A stretch of 64,000 nucleotides of DNA. It comes from Shewanella sp. Its GTDB lineage: Bacteria; Pseudomonadota; Gammaproteobacteria; Enterobacterales; Shewanellaceae. The DNA lies in contig NZ_JBKEDJ010000055.1 of assembly GCF_047975355.1 (NCBI RefSeq), forward strand, positions 7,760 through 71,759, written 5' to 3'. Positions 1 through 10,289 of this stretch are shown here, piece after piece; the stretch's first letter is position 1, and every line of letters starts with the position of its first letter. A program made the position numbers and the translations under genes. The notes below the pieces were generated by a model. The model worked only from the letters and a program-made list of their open reading frames with translations. It was not told the DNA's origin and made no database searches.

Positions 1-369
1 CCCAGTGCCGCACATGACTAACAACTCACAGGCATATTTTTCATCACAGGTTGCCTGCATACCGGCGTCGATATCATTGCAAATAAACTTAAGTTCGCCT
101 TGGGTTTTCAAGGTTTCAAAGCTTAGCCCATTGAGACCGGGCAAAGATTTACAGGACACCAAACGATTCTGTTGTACGAGTCCAGGTACAGCGATCGCTA
201 AATGGTAGTTCTGTAAATCATAATCCCGTTCCAGCGCCGCGATTTGATCATTTAAATCTTCAATTTTAAAGCCTTCACCCGTGGGGATTTTATATTGTTC
301 TGTATGCCCCTTGAGTTGAAGTTCGAACAGGGCTTTGCTACCGCCCACGTCTATTGTTAATGTTTGCAT
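1..369 (-). CDS. ROK-family sugar kinase, 5' part (runs off the window start; absent from the ORF track)
   Basis: Manual translation from ATG at 369: MQTLTIDVGGSKALF...AIAVPGLV...ICNDIDAG...LVMCGTG, containing the ROK motifs IDxGGS/T, PG, ND and GTG; GGAG RBS upstream. Confidence 0.85.
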   Translation of the reverse strand, partial: MQTLTIDVGGSKALFELQLKGHTEQYKIPTGEGFKIEDLNDQIAALERDYDLQNYHLAIAVPGLVQQNRLVSCKSLPGLNGLSFETLKTQGELKFICNDIDAGMQATCDEKYACELLVMCGTG

Positions 370-612
370 CGCCAACTCCACTGATACATGTGCTCCCCTC
401 TGACCCCGAGCGGAGATGACGAATGTTAGCATAATGGGCCAATATTAGCGATTGAATAAAACTTAAGTAGCTAATTTGTAAGAATTAGTCGTGAAAATTG
501 AGTGATAAGGATAACATTTCAATTTGAGAGTTTGTCAAAGATCACAGCCCTTGTTATCACAAAGTGATGCTTAAAAAACAAAATTGTATACAAAATCCTT
601 TATTCCATCCCC

Positions 613-642
613 TTGCATCTTAACCGTTGAGCTTGCGATAAT
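613..642 (+). promoter_or_regulatory. Putative sigma70 promoter of the aminopeptidase gene
   Basis: TTGCAT (613-618), 18-bp spacer, GATAAT (637-642) preceded by TGn; GC-rich discriminator CGCCGCC follows. Confidence 0.4.
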
Positions 643-730
643 CGCCGCCATTCCGCATCCTTTTCGCCCGCATTACGCATTATAATTTGGCCGCCTACGT
701 AAGCAGCCAATGCCAATATTTGGAGCCCCT

Positions 731-2548
731 ATGTCGTTACAATCGTCGTCACCATCCCTAAAGCCTAATAAGATTGCAAACCGTCTTGCCGCCATTCGTA
801 GTGAACTCGCCAACACCAATTTAGATGCCTTTATCATCCCGCGCGCGGATGAATACTTGGGCGAATATGTGCCAGAGCATAACGAGCGTCTGTACTGGGC
901 AACCGATTTTACCGGCTCAGCGGGCATGGCCATTGTCTTAAAAGACAAAGCCGCCATCTTTACCGATGGTCGTTATACGGTACAAGTGCGTCTACAGGTG
1001 GATGCAAATCTCTTTAGTTATGAAAGCCTGACCGACACACCGCAAATCGAATGGCTATGCGATACGCTTGCCGCAGGTTCACGTGTGGGCTTCGATGCCC
1101 GTTTACACACCTTAGCTTGGTTTGAAAACGCCAAAGCCACGTTAGCGAAAGCCCAAATTGAACTGGTTGCCGTAGAACAAAATCCGATTGATAAGCACTG
1201 GCAAAATCGACCCGCGCCATCGAGCGCACCTATTATTTTATTTAGTAATGAGAGTGCGGGTAAAACTAGCCTACAAAAACGAACCGAGATTGGCGCACTA
1301 GTCAAAAAAGCCGGCGCCGATGTCGCGCTGATCGCCGCTTTAGACTCCTTCTGCTGGCTGCTCAATATCCGTGGTAATGACGTGCCGCGTCTGCCGGTCG
1401 TACTCGGCTGCGCGTTACTTCACGCCAATGGCGATATGCAGCTATTTACCGATTTGAACAAACTCCCTGAAGGCATTGAGGAACACGTTGGAGCGGGTGT
1501 GAGCTTTAAGAGCGAAGCTGCACTTGCCGATACCTTGGCAAGCTTACAGGGCGTGAAACTGCTCGCCGATCCGAACTCTGCCAACGCTTGGGCACAAAAT
1601 ATCGCCCGCGATGCAGGCGCTAAGTTAATCGCCGGTATCGATCCCGTATCACTGCCTAAGGCACAGAAAAATGCCGCCGAATTAGCCGGCATGCGCGCCA
1701 GCCATATCCGTGATGGTGTGGCCGTGAGTCGTTTCCTCGCTTGGCTCGATGCCGAGGTCGCTGCCCATCGTCTGCACGATGAAGCAACCCTCGCCGACAA
1801 GTTAGAAAGCTTCCGCCTCGAAGATCCACAATATCGCGAGCCCAGTTTCGATACCATTTCCGCCGCAGGTGCCAATGCGGCCATGTGCCACTACAACCAT
1901 AACAATGGCACGCCAGCCATGATGACGATGGACAGCATTTACCTTGTGGATTCTGGCGCCCAGTATCTGGACGGCACCACGGATGTCACTCGTACCATCG
2001 CCATAGGTAAAGTGACCGATGAACAGAAGAAAATGGTCACCTTGGTATTAAAAGGCCATATCGCCTTAGATCAGGCCCGCTATCCGAAAGGTACGACAGG
2101 GCAACAACTCGATGCCTTCGCCCGTCAATATCTGTGGCAACATGGGTTTGATTACGACCACGGCACAGGCCACGGCGTTGGCCATTTCCTCAGCGTGCAC
2201 GAAGGCCCGCAGCGCATCGGTAAAAACCTCAATGCCATCGCCTTAATGCCAGGCATGGTGTTATCCAACGAACCAGGTTATTACCGCGCCGACAGTTTCG
2301 GGATCCGTTTAGAAAACCTAGTGGTAGTGCAACACTGCGAAGCCCTGAAGGGCGCAGAGCGTGAAATGTATGAATTCGATGCCCTAACGCTTATCCCAAT
2401 GGATGCTCGCCTTATCGATAAGAGCCTGTTAACCCAAGGCGAAATCGACTGGTTTAATGCTTACCATCAGAAAGTGTTTAACACCTTATCGCCCTTAATG
2501 TCGGGCAGTGAGCTTGAGTGGCTCAAACAAGCAACGAAAGCCATCTAA
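731..2548 (+). CDS. Aminopeptidase P family (M24B) Xaa-Pro aminopeptidase
   Basis: Creatinase-N domains plus DSGAQY.DGTTDVTRT, HGTGHGVG..L.VHEGP, NEPGYY and GIRLEN motifs; start moved to ATG 731 (GGAG at 722-725). Confidence 0.93.
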   Translation: MSLQSSSPSLKPNKIANRLAAIRSELANTNLDAFIIPRADEYLGEYVPEHNERLYWATDFTGSAGMAIVLKDKAAIFTDGRYTVQVRLQVDANLFSYESLTDTPQIEWLCDTLAAGSRVGFDARLHTLAWFENAKATLAKAQIELVAVEQNPIDKHWQNRPAPSSAPIILFSNESAGKTSLQKRTEIGALVKKAGADVALIAALDSFCWLLNIRGNDVPRLPVVLGCALLHANGDMQLFTDLNKLPEGIEEHVGAGVSFKSEAALADTLASLQGVKLLADPNSANAWAQNIARDAGAKLIAGIDPVSLPKAQKNAAELAGMRASHIRDGVAVSRFLAWLDAEVAAHRLHDEATLADKLESFRLEDPQYREPSFDTISAAGANAAMCHYNHNNGTPAMMTMDSIYLVDSGAQYLDGTTDVTRTIAIGKVTDEQKKMVTLVLKGHIALDQARYPKGTTGQQLDAFARQYLWQHGFDYDHGTGHGVGHFLSVHEGPQRIGKNLNAIALMPGMVLSNEPGYYRADSFGIRLENLVVVQHCEALKGAEREMYEFDALTLIPMDARLIDKSLLTQGEIDWFNAYHQKVFNTLSPLMSGSELEWLKQATKAI

Positions 2549-2569
2549 CGTTAAGTGGCAATTAACACT

Positions 2570-2600
2570 AAAGCCCAAGCCAATGCTTGGGCTTTTTATT
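2570..2600 (+). terminator. Rho-independent terminator
   Basis: AAAGCCCAAGC-caat-GCTTGGGCTTT followed by a T-rich tail, right after the peptidase stop. Confidence 0.85.
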
Positions 2601-3024
2601 AAGAGCAGCTTCAAAGCTAGTTCCCACCGATGATTTTACTGTTCTGACAAGCTTAATCACGACATTAGTCCAATAGTCAGGCTTGTGTTTTTCACCTAAG
2701 CTTCTATCACTATTTAGGCAAATGAAACTATAACAGCTTTAGCCCGTCATAAGCTAAAAACAGACCTTATACAAAACTCTGAAATTTGCTTTTAAACAGG
2801 ATAAACACTCGTTTGAAAGCGAATTAAAAATGCAATATTTGCAGAAACTTACAAAATTTAAAAATCATTACTTTAGTTACGGGTAAAGCTAAAAACCGCT
2901 CTCCAATACCCACACAAAAATGATACCATTATCACATAATAAGCCGACTCCAATGAGAGCTGGCACCCGATTTACCAGTTACATTTACCCAAAAAGTCGT
3001 ATCGGCCCTGAATGGACACACTAA

Positions 3025-4593
3025 ATGAGCCAGAGTAACCCTAGCCGCAGTAAAACCAGCCATATCCAGAGTAACGCGCAAGAAATCCGCCTCACACAAC
3101 AAGACGAATTGATTTCCACCACTGATACCCGTGGGATTATTACCTACGTTAATCAACGCTTTGCTGAAGTCTCGGGCTATAGTGCCGAGGAATTGATAGG
3201 TCAGCCTCACAACAAGGTACGTCACCCGGATATGCCCAGTGCCGCATTCAAAGAGATGTGGGATAAGCTGAAATCCGGCCAATCTTGGCGAGGCATAGTC
3301 AAAAACCGCTGCAAGAATGGCGGTTGTTATTGGGTCGATGCCTTTGTCTCCCCCCTATTTGAGAATGGGACTATCGTCGGCTATCAGTCAGTACGTATCC
3401 AGCCGCAGGCTGCCTATGTCAGTAAAGCAACAGATATTTACCGCAGACTAATACAAAACAAACCCATACCTAAACCTCTGAGTTTGATGCAAAAACGTTT
3501 TGTCTCTGCCGTCGTCGCCACCACAGGTTTACTGATCGCGGGTTACTTTTGGGGCTGGGGAGTAATTTTGGCTGGGGCGATTTTAATGAGCCTCAATCTG
3601 GCGATTTTCTACGATGAAGCCTTCCGCATTCCGGCCAAATTGATTGAAATGCAAGAGAAGTATGACTCTATCAGCCGCTATATCTACTCGGGCGCAGATA
3701 CCTCATCGATTCTCGATTTCCAATTGATCCTATTGCAAGCCAAGATGAATGGCGTGCTTGGCCGTACCCAAGATCAGGCCCATCAGTTACATGCAATTGC
3801 CGATCAACTGGTGGTCACCACAGAACAAACCTATGTCAGCCTAGATCAAGAGAAAAACCAGTTAGAACAGCTGGCCAGTGCGATGGAAGAAATGAGCTCA
3901 ACCATTGCCGAGGTTGCACAAAATACCCAACTGACCTCGACCAGTATCAACACAGCCTACGATCTCTGCCTAAAAAGCAGCGCCAATATGAAGGCCAACA
4001 CCCAAAAGGTCGAACTCTTGGCAAAATCCGTGGCCGATGCCGCCAATAATGCCCATCAACTCAATAAGGAAGCCGAGCGGGTGGCCAGTGCCATGGGCGA
4101 GATTGACTCTATTGCCGAACAGACTAACCTGCTCGCCCTCAATGCTGCGATTGAGGCCGCCCGCGCAGGCGAACAAGGACGCGGCTTTGCCGTCGTCGCC
4201 GACGAAGTGCGCGCCCTGTCGAGCCGTACCCAGTTATCGACCAACAGTATTTCCCAGAGCGTCGACAAGATGTTCAGCATGTTAAATGCCTGGGCGAAGG
4301 AGATGGAGCAGAGCCGTCAACATGCCGAGGTATGTGCTAACGACATTCAAACCTCCGCCGAGAATGTGAACACCATTTACCAGGAAGTGAGTGAAATCCA
4401 CACCTTTGCTCAGCAGAATGCGGTGGCGGCAGATCAGCAGCGCCAAGTGGTGCATGAAATCACTAACAATATTCACTCCATCACCCAAACCAGCGGCGAA
4501 AACCTCGCGGCAACTCATCAAATTGGTGATGCCGCGAATCACCTCAAGCAAAACGCCGAAAAAGCGCTCGGCCTGCGCCGCGCCTTTGGCTAA
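3025..4593 (+). CDS. aer: Aerotaxis/energy-taxis receptor (PAS + TM + MCP signalling domain)
   Basis: N-terminal PAS with Aer-type RHPDMP..AF..MW and VKNR.KNG..YWV motifs; central hydrophobic hairpin; MCP core [34 protein letters not shown]. Confidence 0.88.
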   Translation: MSQSNPSRSKTSHIQSNAQEIRLTQQDELISTTDTRGIITYVNQRFAEVSGYSAEELIGQPHNKVRHPDMPSAAFKEMWDKLKSGQSWRGIVKNRCKNGGCYWVDAFVSPLFENGTIVGYQSVRIQPQAAYVSKATDIYRRLIQNKPIPKPLSLMQKRFVSAVVATTGLLIAGYFWGWGVILAGAILMSLNLAIFYDEAFRIPAKLIEMQEKYDSISRYIYSGADTSSILDFQLILLQAKMNGVLGRTQDQAHQLHAIADQLVVTTEQTYVSLDQEKNQLEQLASAMEEMSSTIAEVAQNTQLTSTSINTAYDLCLKSSANMKANTQKVELLAKSVADAANNAHQLNKEAERVASAMGEIDSIAEQTNLLALNAAIEAARAGEQGRGFAVVADEVRALSSRTQLSTNSISQSVDKMFSMLNAWAKEMEQSRQHAEVCANDIQTSAENVNTIYQEVSEIHTFAQQNAVAADQQRQVVHEITNNIHSITQTSGENLAATHQIGDAANHLKQNAEKALGLRRAFG

Positions 4594-4603
4594 TACGCCA
4601 GTC

Positions 4604-4631
4604 GCGCCATTGTCTATATGGACAATGGCGC
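4604..4631 (+). terminator. Stem-loop after aer (possible terminator or mRNA stabiliser)
   Basis: GCGCCATTGTC-tatatg-GACAATGGCGC, 11-bp stem; no U tail. Confidence 0.45.
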
Positions 4632-4743
4632 AAGGCTCTCTGCCTACGTCAGCTCTTCAAACCGTTTTATCCACTCAAAACCCATTTAAGCTTTGTCTTA
4701 AAATCTCAAAGGGTTAAAAAGTACAGGTTTTAACCGAAAATTT

Positions 4744-4760
4744 TGCTATACTCCGCGCCC
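4744..4760 (+). promoter_or_regulatory. Extended -10 promoter of the DEAD-box helicase with GC-rich discriminator
   Basis: TG-C-TATACT (4744-4752) followed by CCGCGCCC; implies a ~160-nt 5' UTR. Confidence 0.55.
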
Positions 4761-4917
4761 GCCATTTTTCTGCTCACCATGCAGGTAAAATACAGGCAGG
4801 AGAAATGCGTAACTAAGTGCATAGCCTGTGACTGACTCAGTGAACAGCTAGCTAAATCGCCTTTCTACTGCGCACAATGCGCTTGAGTGATTGAATAAGT
4901 GAACAAAGGAATCCAAA

Positions 4918-6219
4918 ATGAGATTTGAATCTTTTAGTTTTTGCCCCGAGATTTTACGCGCTATCTCAGATTGCGGTTATCAAAAAATGACACCTATTCA
5001 GCAGCAAGCGATCCCCGCCATCCGCCGCGGACAAGATGTGCTCGCCAGCGCGCAAACAGGCACAGGTAAAACGGCGGCCTTCGCCCTGCCAATACTGCAA
5101 AAGATGGTAGAAAACCCCAGCGAGACCCTAAAATCGAACGCGCGGGTATTAATCCTAACTCCCACTCGCGAGCTCGCCGCTCAAGTTGCTGACAATGTTG
5201 AAGCCTACAGCAAATATTTAAATTTCAGCGTATTAACCATTTACGGTGGCGTCAAGGTTGAGACTCAGGCGCAAAAACTTAAACGCGGTGCTGATATAAT
5301 TGTCGCGACCCCAGGACGTTTGCTCGAGCATCTTACCGCCTGTAATTTAAGCCTTTCCAGTGTCGACTTTTTAGTGCTCGATGAAGCCGACCGTATGCTG
5401 GACATGGGCTTTAATGCGGACATACAAAAAATCCTCCAAGCGGTGAATAAGAAACGTCAGAACCTGTTGTTCTCGGCGACTTTCTCCAGCGCGGTGAAAA
5501 AACTGGCTAACGACATGATGGTCAAACCGCAAGTGATCAGTGCCGATAAGCAAAACACCACCGCCGCAACCGTGAGCCAAGTGGTGTATCCAGTAGAGCA
5601 GCGCCGTAAGCGCGAACTCTTATCCGAGCTGATTGGTAAAAAAAACTGGCAACAAGTGCTGGTCTTTACCGCGACGCGCGATGCAGCCGACACCTTAGTT
5701 AAAGAATTGAATTTAGATGGTATTCCCTCTGAAGTGGTGCATGGTGAAAAGGCACAAGGCAGCCGTCGCCGCGCGCTACGTGAGTTTGTCTCAGGTAAAG
5801 TGCGCGTCTTAGTCGCCACCGAAGTCGCCGCCCGCGGTTTGGATATTCCAAGCCTTGAGTATGTGGTCAACTTCGACTTACCTTTCCTTGCCGAAGACTA
5901 TGTACACCGTATTGGCCGTACAGGCCGTGCGGGTAAATCAGGGGTTGCGATTTCATTTGTGAGCCGTGAGGAAGAGCGCACACTCGCTGATATTGAAAAG
6001 CTTATCGGCCAAAAAATTCGTCGAATTACGGTTCCCGGATACGAAGTCGGTAGCCGCGATTTGCTGTTAAAGCAACTACAAACCCGCCGCAGCTTCGCCA
6101 AAAAGCAACAGCGACTCGACAACGTCAGCGAGCAGATTGTCGCCGAGAAAAGCATGCAAGGCCGCCGCGTGAAAATGAAAGTTGGCCAAGCTCCAAGTAA
6201 GGCGAAAAAGCTGAAATAA
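4918..6219 (+). CDS. DEAD-box ATP-dependent RNA helicase (RhlE-like)
   Basis: Q motif TPIQ, AQTGTGKT, PTRELA, DEAD, SAT, ARGLD, HRIGRTGRAG. Confidence 0.93.
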   Translation: MRFESFSFCPEILRAISDCGYQKMTPIQQQAIPAIRRGQDVLASAQTGTGKTAAFALPILQKMVENPSETLKSNARVLILTPTRELAAQVADNVEAYSKYLNFSVLTIYGGVKVETQAQKLKRGADIIVATPGRLLEHLTACNLSLSSVDFLVLDEADRMLDMGFNADIQKILQAVNKKRQNLLFSATFSSAVKKLANDMMVKPQVISADKQNTTAATVSQVVYPVEQRRKRELLSELIGKKNWQQVLVFTATRDAADTLVKELNLDGIPSEVVHGEKAQGSRRRALREFVSGKVRVLVATEVAARGLDIPSLEYVVNFDLPFLAEDYVHRIGRTGRAGKSGVAISFVSREEERTLADIEKLIGQKIRRITVPGYEVGSRDLLLKQLQTRRSFAKKQQRLDNVSEQIVAEKSMQGRRVKMKVGQAPSKAKKLK

Positions 6220-6272
6220 GCAAAAGACAACAGCCAAAGCTGTATCGGTCTAGCTAATATCGGCCTGGCAAT

Positions 6273-6300
6273 AAAAAAGCGTCCCATCGGACGCTTTTTT
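6273..6300. terminator. Bidirectional intrinsic terminator
   Basis: AAAAAAGCGTCC-catc-GGACGCTTTTTT between convergent genes. Confidence 0.88.
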
Positions 6301-6332
6301 CTTTGCCTTTAACCCTTCCCAATACTAAGTAC

Positions 6333-7223
6333 TTAGCAGGTAAACCCACCAAATAACTGTTTAAGCCTTTGCTCATCAATGGGATTTTCGCCGCGCCAAC
6401 CTGCTAGCGGTAAGATAATATCAGAGCGAATACTGCCGGGATATTTGATCTTGCAGATCTCTTCAAATGGCGTAAATGCCTCATAAAGCGGCGCAACATA
6501 GGGATTTGGCATGACCCCAAGCTCAGCTAACACCATCAGTTGGCCACGGAAACTGTACTGATTAAATTGGGGGATAATCTTGGCTTTCTTCACCCTTTGC
6601 TCGAGTTTTCCAAGTGTTTCATCCAAAGGTGCCTGACGGATAGCCTCAATTAAAGCACTGAAGATGGCCACATCCTCAGCACTTGGTTTACAAGGCGATA
6701 GCGTGCAAAACTCTTGCAATTCTACAAGGTTATGCGCCCAATGCTCGTTCCATACACTGCCCGTATAACAGCTATAGATTTTTTGTCCCTTTGCAATCCA
6801 GTTAACACGTTTAATGGAACACACGGGGCAAATCTCACCATCTATTGTCATAACATGCTCAGGCAAAGCTTTGGCAAAGAGATAGCTGAGTATTGGCTGG
6901 CGGCCGCGGGGAAAACTCGAAAAGCCACATAAATAGGCCGCCAATAAATTTTCAAGAGACAGATTGGGCTGCGCCAGTATGGCTTTATAACCGCTCACAG
7001 CATCATCATGGCTCAGCTTAACCCTGTCGTTGACCGAATAGCCGCTCTGTTCAATCAATGCGACTTCGGCGCTGGACAAGCCTTGATAAGAATAGGTATA
7101 GGTTCCCGTTTCGATATCAAACACATCTCCATTATCTATTCTTTGTTGATAGCCATTTTCATCTTTTCGGTAGGACTTTTTATAATAGACTTTCTTTAAC
7201 GCTTTAAATAATCCCTTATCCAT
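6333..7223 (-). CDS. Hypothetical protein with a CPVC motif
   Basis: 296-aa ORF with AG-rich RBS-like sequence upstream; no family recognised. Confidence 0.75.
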   Translation of the reverse strand: MDKGLFKALKKVYYKKSYRKDENGYQQRIDNGDVFDIETGTYTYSYQGLSSAEVALIEQSGYSVNDRVKLSHDDAVSGYKAILAQPNLSLENLLAAYLCGFSSFPRGRQPILSYLFAKALPEHVMTIDGEICPVCSIKRVNWIAKGQKIYSCYTGSVWNEHWAHNLVELQEFCTLSPCKPSAEDVAIFSALIEAIRQAPLDETLGKLEQRVKKAKIIPQFNQYSFRGQLMVLAELGVMPNPYVAPLYEAFTPFEEICKIKYPGSIRSDIILPLAGWRGENPIDEQRLKQLFGGFTC

Positions 7224-7533
7224 TTACCACTTTCCTATTGAAAAAATTAATAAAATTTCTCTGCATTCCTCACTGTGCGAGTCATAGTATCACTTCAGGG
7301 GTCACTACCCACCATTGGCTCACTCTAGACTCACACTAGGCACAAAACCATCACGCGGGCAATTGCTCCACATACCTTGGAAAAACGTCGCTAAATCGCG
7401 ATTAACACTGCAATAAATTTACCCGTTAGTCGTTCTTATATCTGTCACCACAACCATATCCGGCTCAACAAGCGTGCAAGCTAGAGGCAATCGCTTGAAT
7501 TTACAAAAAAACCATAACATGGAGAGATTATCT

Positions 7534-8181
7534 ATGCGGTCCCTACTACAGCGCTTTTTACTAACAACCAGCCTACTGCTCGGCAGTTTTACCACATTAG
7601 CTCAGCCTATCGCCAAGGATGAATATTCAGTAAGTCCATTGCTCAATGGCGAGCAAATACCCACGATTACCTTACAGGATATGAATGGCCAAAGTGTTGA
7701 TTTAGCGAAATTAACAGCACAAAAGCCGACGATTTTCTTCTTTTATCGCGGCGGCTGGTGCCCATTTTGCAATAACCAAATGGGCCAGCTCAAAGCCATC
7801 GAACCTAAACTGATCGAAATGGGTTTTCAACTAGTGGGTATTTCCCCTGATACGCGAGCGCAGTTAAAGGCCTCCGCGGCTAAAAACGAGCTTAAATATC
7901 AGCTGCTTTCCGATGAAAAAATGTTGGCATCGCAAGCCTTTGGACTCGCCTTTTACACCAGCAAACAAGTCACAGAGACTTACTTGAGCCGTTTAAAGTT
8001 GGATAACCCGCTTTGGATCACACCCGAGGGCGATAAGCGATTAGTGCTACCTGTGCCAGCAATCTATATCGCTGACACAAAAGGGTTAATCCATTTCCAA
8101 TATGTGAATCCCAACTACAAGGTTAGACCTGCGCCTAAGCTGATTCTGACAGCCGCCAGCCTCGTCAGCTCGCCAGAATAA
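7534..8181 (+). CDS. Peroxiredoxin-like AhpC/TSA family protein, probably exported
   Basis: Thioredoxin-fold motif FYRGGWCPFC and P.PA.YI.D..G; signal-peptide-like N-terminus from MRSLLQ (GGAG upstream); start uncertain. Confidence 0.82.
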   Translation: MRSLLQRFLLTTSLLLGSFTTLAQPIAKDEYSVSPLLNGEQIPTITLQDMNGQSVDLAKLTAQKPTIFFFYRGGWCPFCNNQMGQLKAIEPKLIEMGFQLVGISPDTRAQLKASAAKNELKYQLLSDEKMLASQAFGLAFYTSKQVTETYLSRLKLDNPLWITPEGDKRLVLPVPAIYIADTKGLIHFQYVNPNYKVRPAPKLILTAASLVSSPE

Positions 8182-8195
8182 TCCATCTCTCGCTC

Positions 8196-8236
8196 AAGCA
8201 GCCGCTAAGAATCGTTATCGATTTAGCGGCTGCTTT
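8196..8236 (+). terminator. Stem-loop/terminator after the peroxiredoxin-like gene
   Basis: AAGCAGCCGCTAA...TTAGCGGCTGCTT, 13-bp stem. Confidence 0.6.
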
Positions 8237-8309
8237 GCTAAACTAGCTTGGCCGCAATCGATACCACACGTTCTATTAGATCAATCCTTTAGCCCGCGGC
8301 GGAGCCACA

Positions 8310-8945
8310 ATGAATTCTCAAACCTATAACCAAGCCGTACTCGAACTCGCCCGCGCGGGTCTTGCCGATTTAACCACCTCGGCCCAAGCTAAAAAAGCCC
8401 AACGCACGCCTGCGCAGGAGAGTCATTTTCTGTGTAACTGGATGGTTGAGGCGCTCAAAGAAAAACGCTTCTCAAAACTGGTGGCCGATGATCTCACGGC
8501 GTGGATCCGTATGGCTCGCAGCCAAGGTGCTGGCGCCGAACTTAAGCGGTTATTGGAGAGAATTGTTCATCAATATCAGAGCGTTGAAAACTCGCACGTG
8601 GAGTTAGGTACGGCGTTAAACGCTATGATTGCCGAGTTAACTCAGCTCGAATGGCTAGTGTTCACAGACACCGAAATCAACACCAAACTCAAGCTGGATG
8701 CCGATGGACAATCGAGCTTAGTCATTGATGTAAAAGAGTTTACTCAACATATCCAAGATAATCAGCTCATCAAGCCCATTAACTTATATGTTCGCGCCGA
8801 TGAGCAGTTGTTGACCCAAATTGCTCTCTCTCATGGTTTGCTTATCAGCCAAGGTAATAAAAAAACCAGCCTGATCAAGCACCATAAAACCTATCAAATT
8901 TACCCGCATAATCAGCTACCTGCACTGTGTTTACTGTTAGTTTAA
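8310..8945 (+). CDS. Conserved hypothetical protein (probably DUF2913 family)
   Basis: 211-aa ORF with GGAG RBS; the HFL..W...A.K.KRF segment resembles DUF2913 from memory. Confidence 0.6.
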   Translation: MNSQTYNQAVLELARAGLADLTTSAQAKKAQRTPAQESHFLCNWMVEALKEKRFSKLVADDLTAWIRMARSQGAGAELKRLLERIVHQYQSVENSHVELGTALNAMIAELTQLEWLVFTDTEINTKLKLDADGQSSLVIDVKEFTQHIQDNQLIKPINLYVRADEQLLTQIALSHGLLISQGNKKTSLIKHHKTYQIYPHNQLPALCLLLV

Positions 8946-8972
8946 TAGCAGGACTTGGTTTAAATGCATTAA

Positions 8973-9011
8973 ATCCTAAGGTGCTTAAGTGGTATCACAA
9001 CACCTTAGGAT
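8973..9011. terminator. Stem-loop between convergent genes
   Basis: ATCCTAAGGTG ... CACCTTAGGAT inverted repeat. Confidence 0.45.
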
Positions 9012-9066
9012 GCCTATAGAACAAGCGAACAAAAAAAGTATTAAACAAAGACATCATCAAACCCAC

Positions 9067-9999
9067 TCACTTATCTTCGATGGCCGGATCGTATTGCACG
9101 ACTCGATTACGACCAGAGGCCTTTGCCTGATAGAGGGCGATATCTGCTTGATTGACCAAGGCGCTAATGCCAATATCAGGCTTAGATAGAGAATAACCAA
9201 TTGAAATAGTGACTTTAATATCCGCGGACTCAAAGCGGACACTTAAATTAGCTATCCCTTTGCGCAGTCTTTCCAACACCCTTTCTGCCACTTCTAATGT
9301 GGTATTTGGCAACAACAATTGAAACTCTTCACCACCATAACGACCAATGCAATCGGAATCCCTTAGCGCCGCCGAGAGATAATTTGAAACGGATTTTAAT
9401 ACTTCGTCTCCACCTAAATGTCCGTAGGTATCATTCACCGATTTAAAAAAATCAATATCCAACATTGCAATCACATAGGGTGCATTGTGACGTAAAAATT
9501 GAGTATGATTTTTGTCGATAAGTAATCCCATTGACTTGCGATTGATCAATCCTGTGAGCGGGTCAAAGCAATGTTGCTGATCAATAATGCAATCGCGCAT
9601 ATTTACCAGAAGGTTCATGACTTCAATTTGATTTTGGGTAAGTAATCGGTATTCATTGATGTCGACTACGCCTACCGATTTAAACTCAGTCACTAATTTA
9701 CGAGCTTGGTCATGCAGAGACCGATGAGCCTTAGCAAGTACTTGAAAATCCGTATGCGAGGTTATGGTTTCGCTCGCCACATTGTAATACCAGCAGCCTA
9801 ATTTACATTTAGTATGGGCAGCGACATCAGTGACAATTTCGCTAAACTCTTGATTGCAAAGTAAACCTTCATGCAAATGGATATACCAATTTCGGTGGCT
9901 TTCAATGGCAAAATCCAAAGCTGCCAATGCACTTTCAGCTTCCTTAGGTGAAAAACTGTAGCGAGGTTTACCTACATTTTTAATGGAATTTACCTTCAT
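9067..9999 (-). CDS. Diguanylate cyclase with N-terminal CZB zinc-binding domain (DgcZ/YdeH-like)
   Basis: CZB motifs SHRNW, HTKCKLGCWYY and HRSLH; GGDEF domain with DIDFFKSVNDTYGH, I-site RDSD and active site GGEEF. Confidence 0.88.
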   Translation of the reverse strand: MKVNSIKNVGKPRYSFSPKEAESALAALDFAIESHRNWYIHLHEGLLCNQEFSEIVTDVAAHTKCKLGCWYYNVASETITSHTDFQVLAKAHRSLHDQARKLVTEFKSVGVVDINEYRLLTQNQIEVMNLLVNMRDCIIDQQHCFDPLTGLINRKSMGLLIDKNHTQFLRHNAPYVIAMLDIDFFKSVNDTYGHLGGDEVLKSVSNYLSAALRDSDCIGRYGGEEFQLLLPNTTLEVAERVLERLRKGIANLSVRFESADIKVTISIGYSLSKPDIGISALVNQADIALYQAKASGRNRVVQYDPAIEDK

Positions 10000-10282
10000 C
10001 CTGCCATCCTAATACTGTTATCCAAAAGTTGGCCCGATACTAAGTTAAGTGTCTTAGCGGCGATGACTAGCAAGTATGATAGCCGTACCCCATAACGAAG
10101 TGGCTTACAACACGAAATTAAACCAGTGGTACGAGCCAAAGCGCCTTTTAAAGGAAAAGATTATCCCGTGTCTTTTATAAAAGTGTCAGTAAGTTATCCA
10201 GTATAAGAGATATGGTTCGGCTCGTCACTCGAGAAGAAAGCAGCCCTAAAAAAGAGATTAATTGCGCCAAATCGCTTAATTG

Positions 10283-10289
10283 AATCAAT
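10283..10289 (+). repeat. Target-site duplication, left copy (AATCAAT)
   Basis: Identical 7-mer at 11490-11496 immediately outside the other IS end. Confidence 0.85.

Noticed and set aside
5..208. 67-aa plus-strand ORF
   Set aside because: Antisense to the ROK kinase read on the minus strand (1-369).
2601..3024. Long AT-rich region upstream of aer as an sRNA or sigma28 promoter
   Set aside because: No convincing TAAA-N15-GCCGATAA match and no terminator-bounded structure found by eye.
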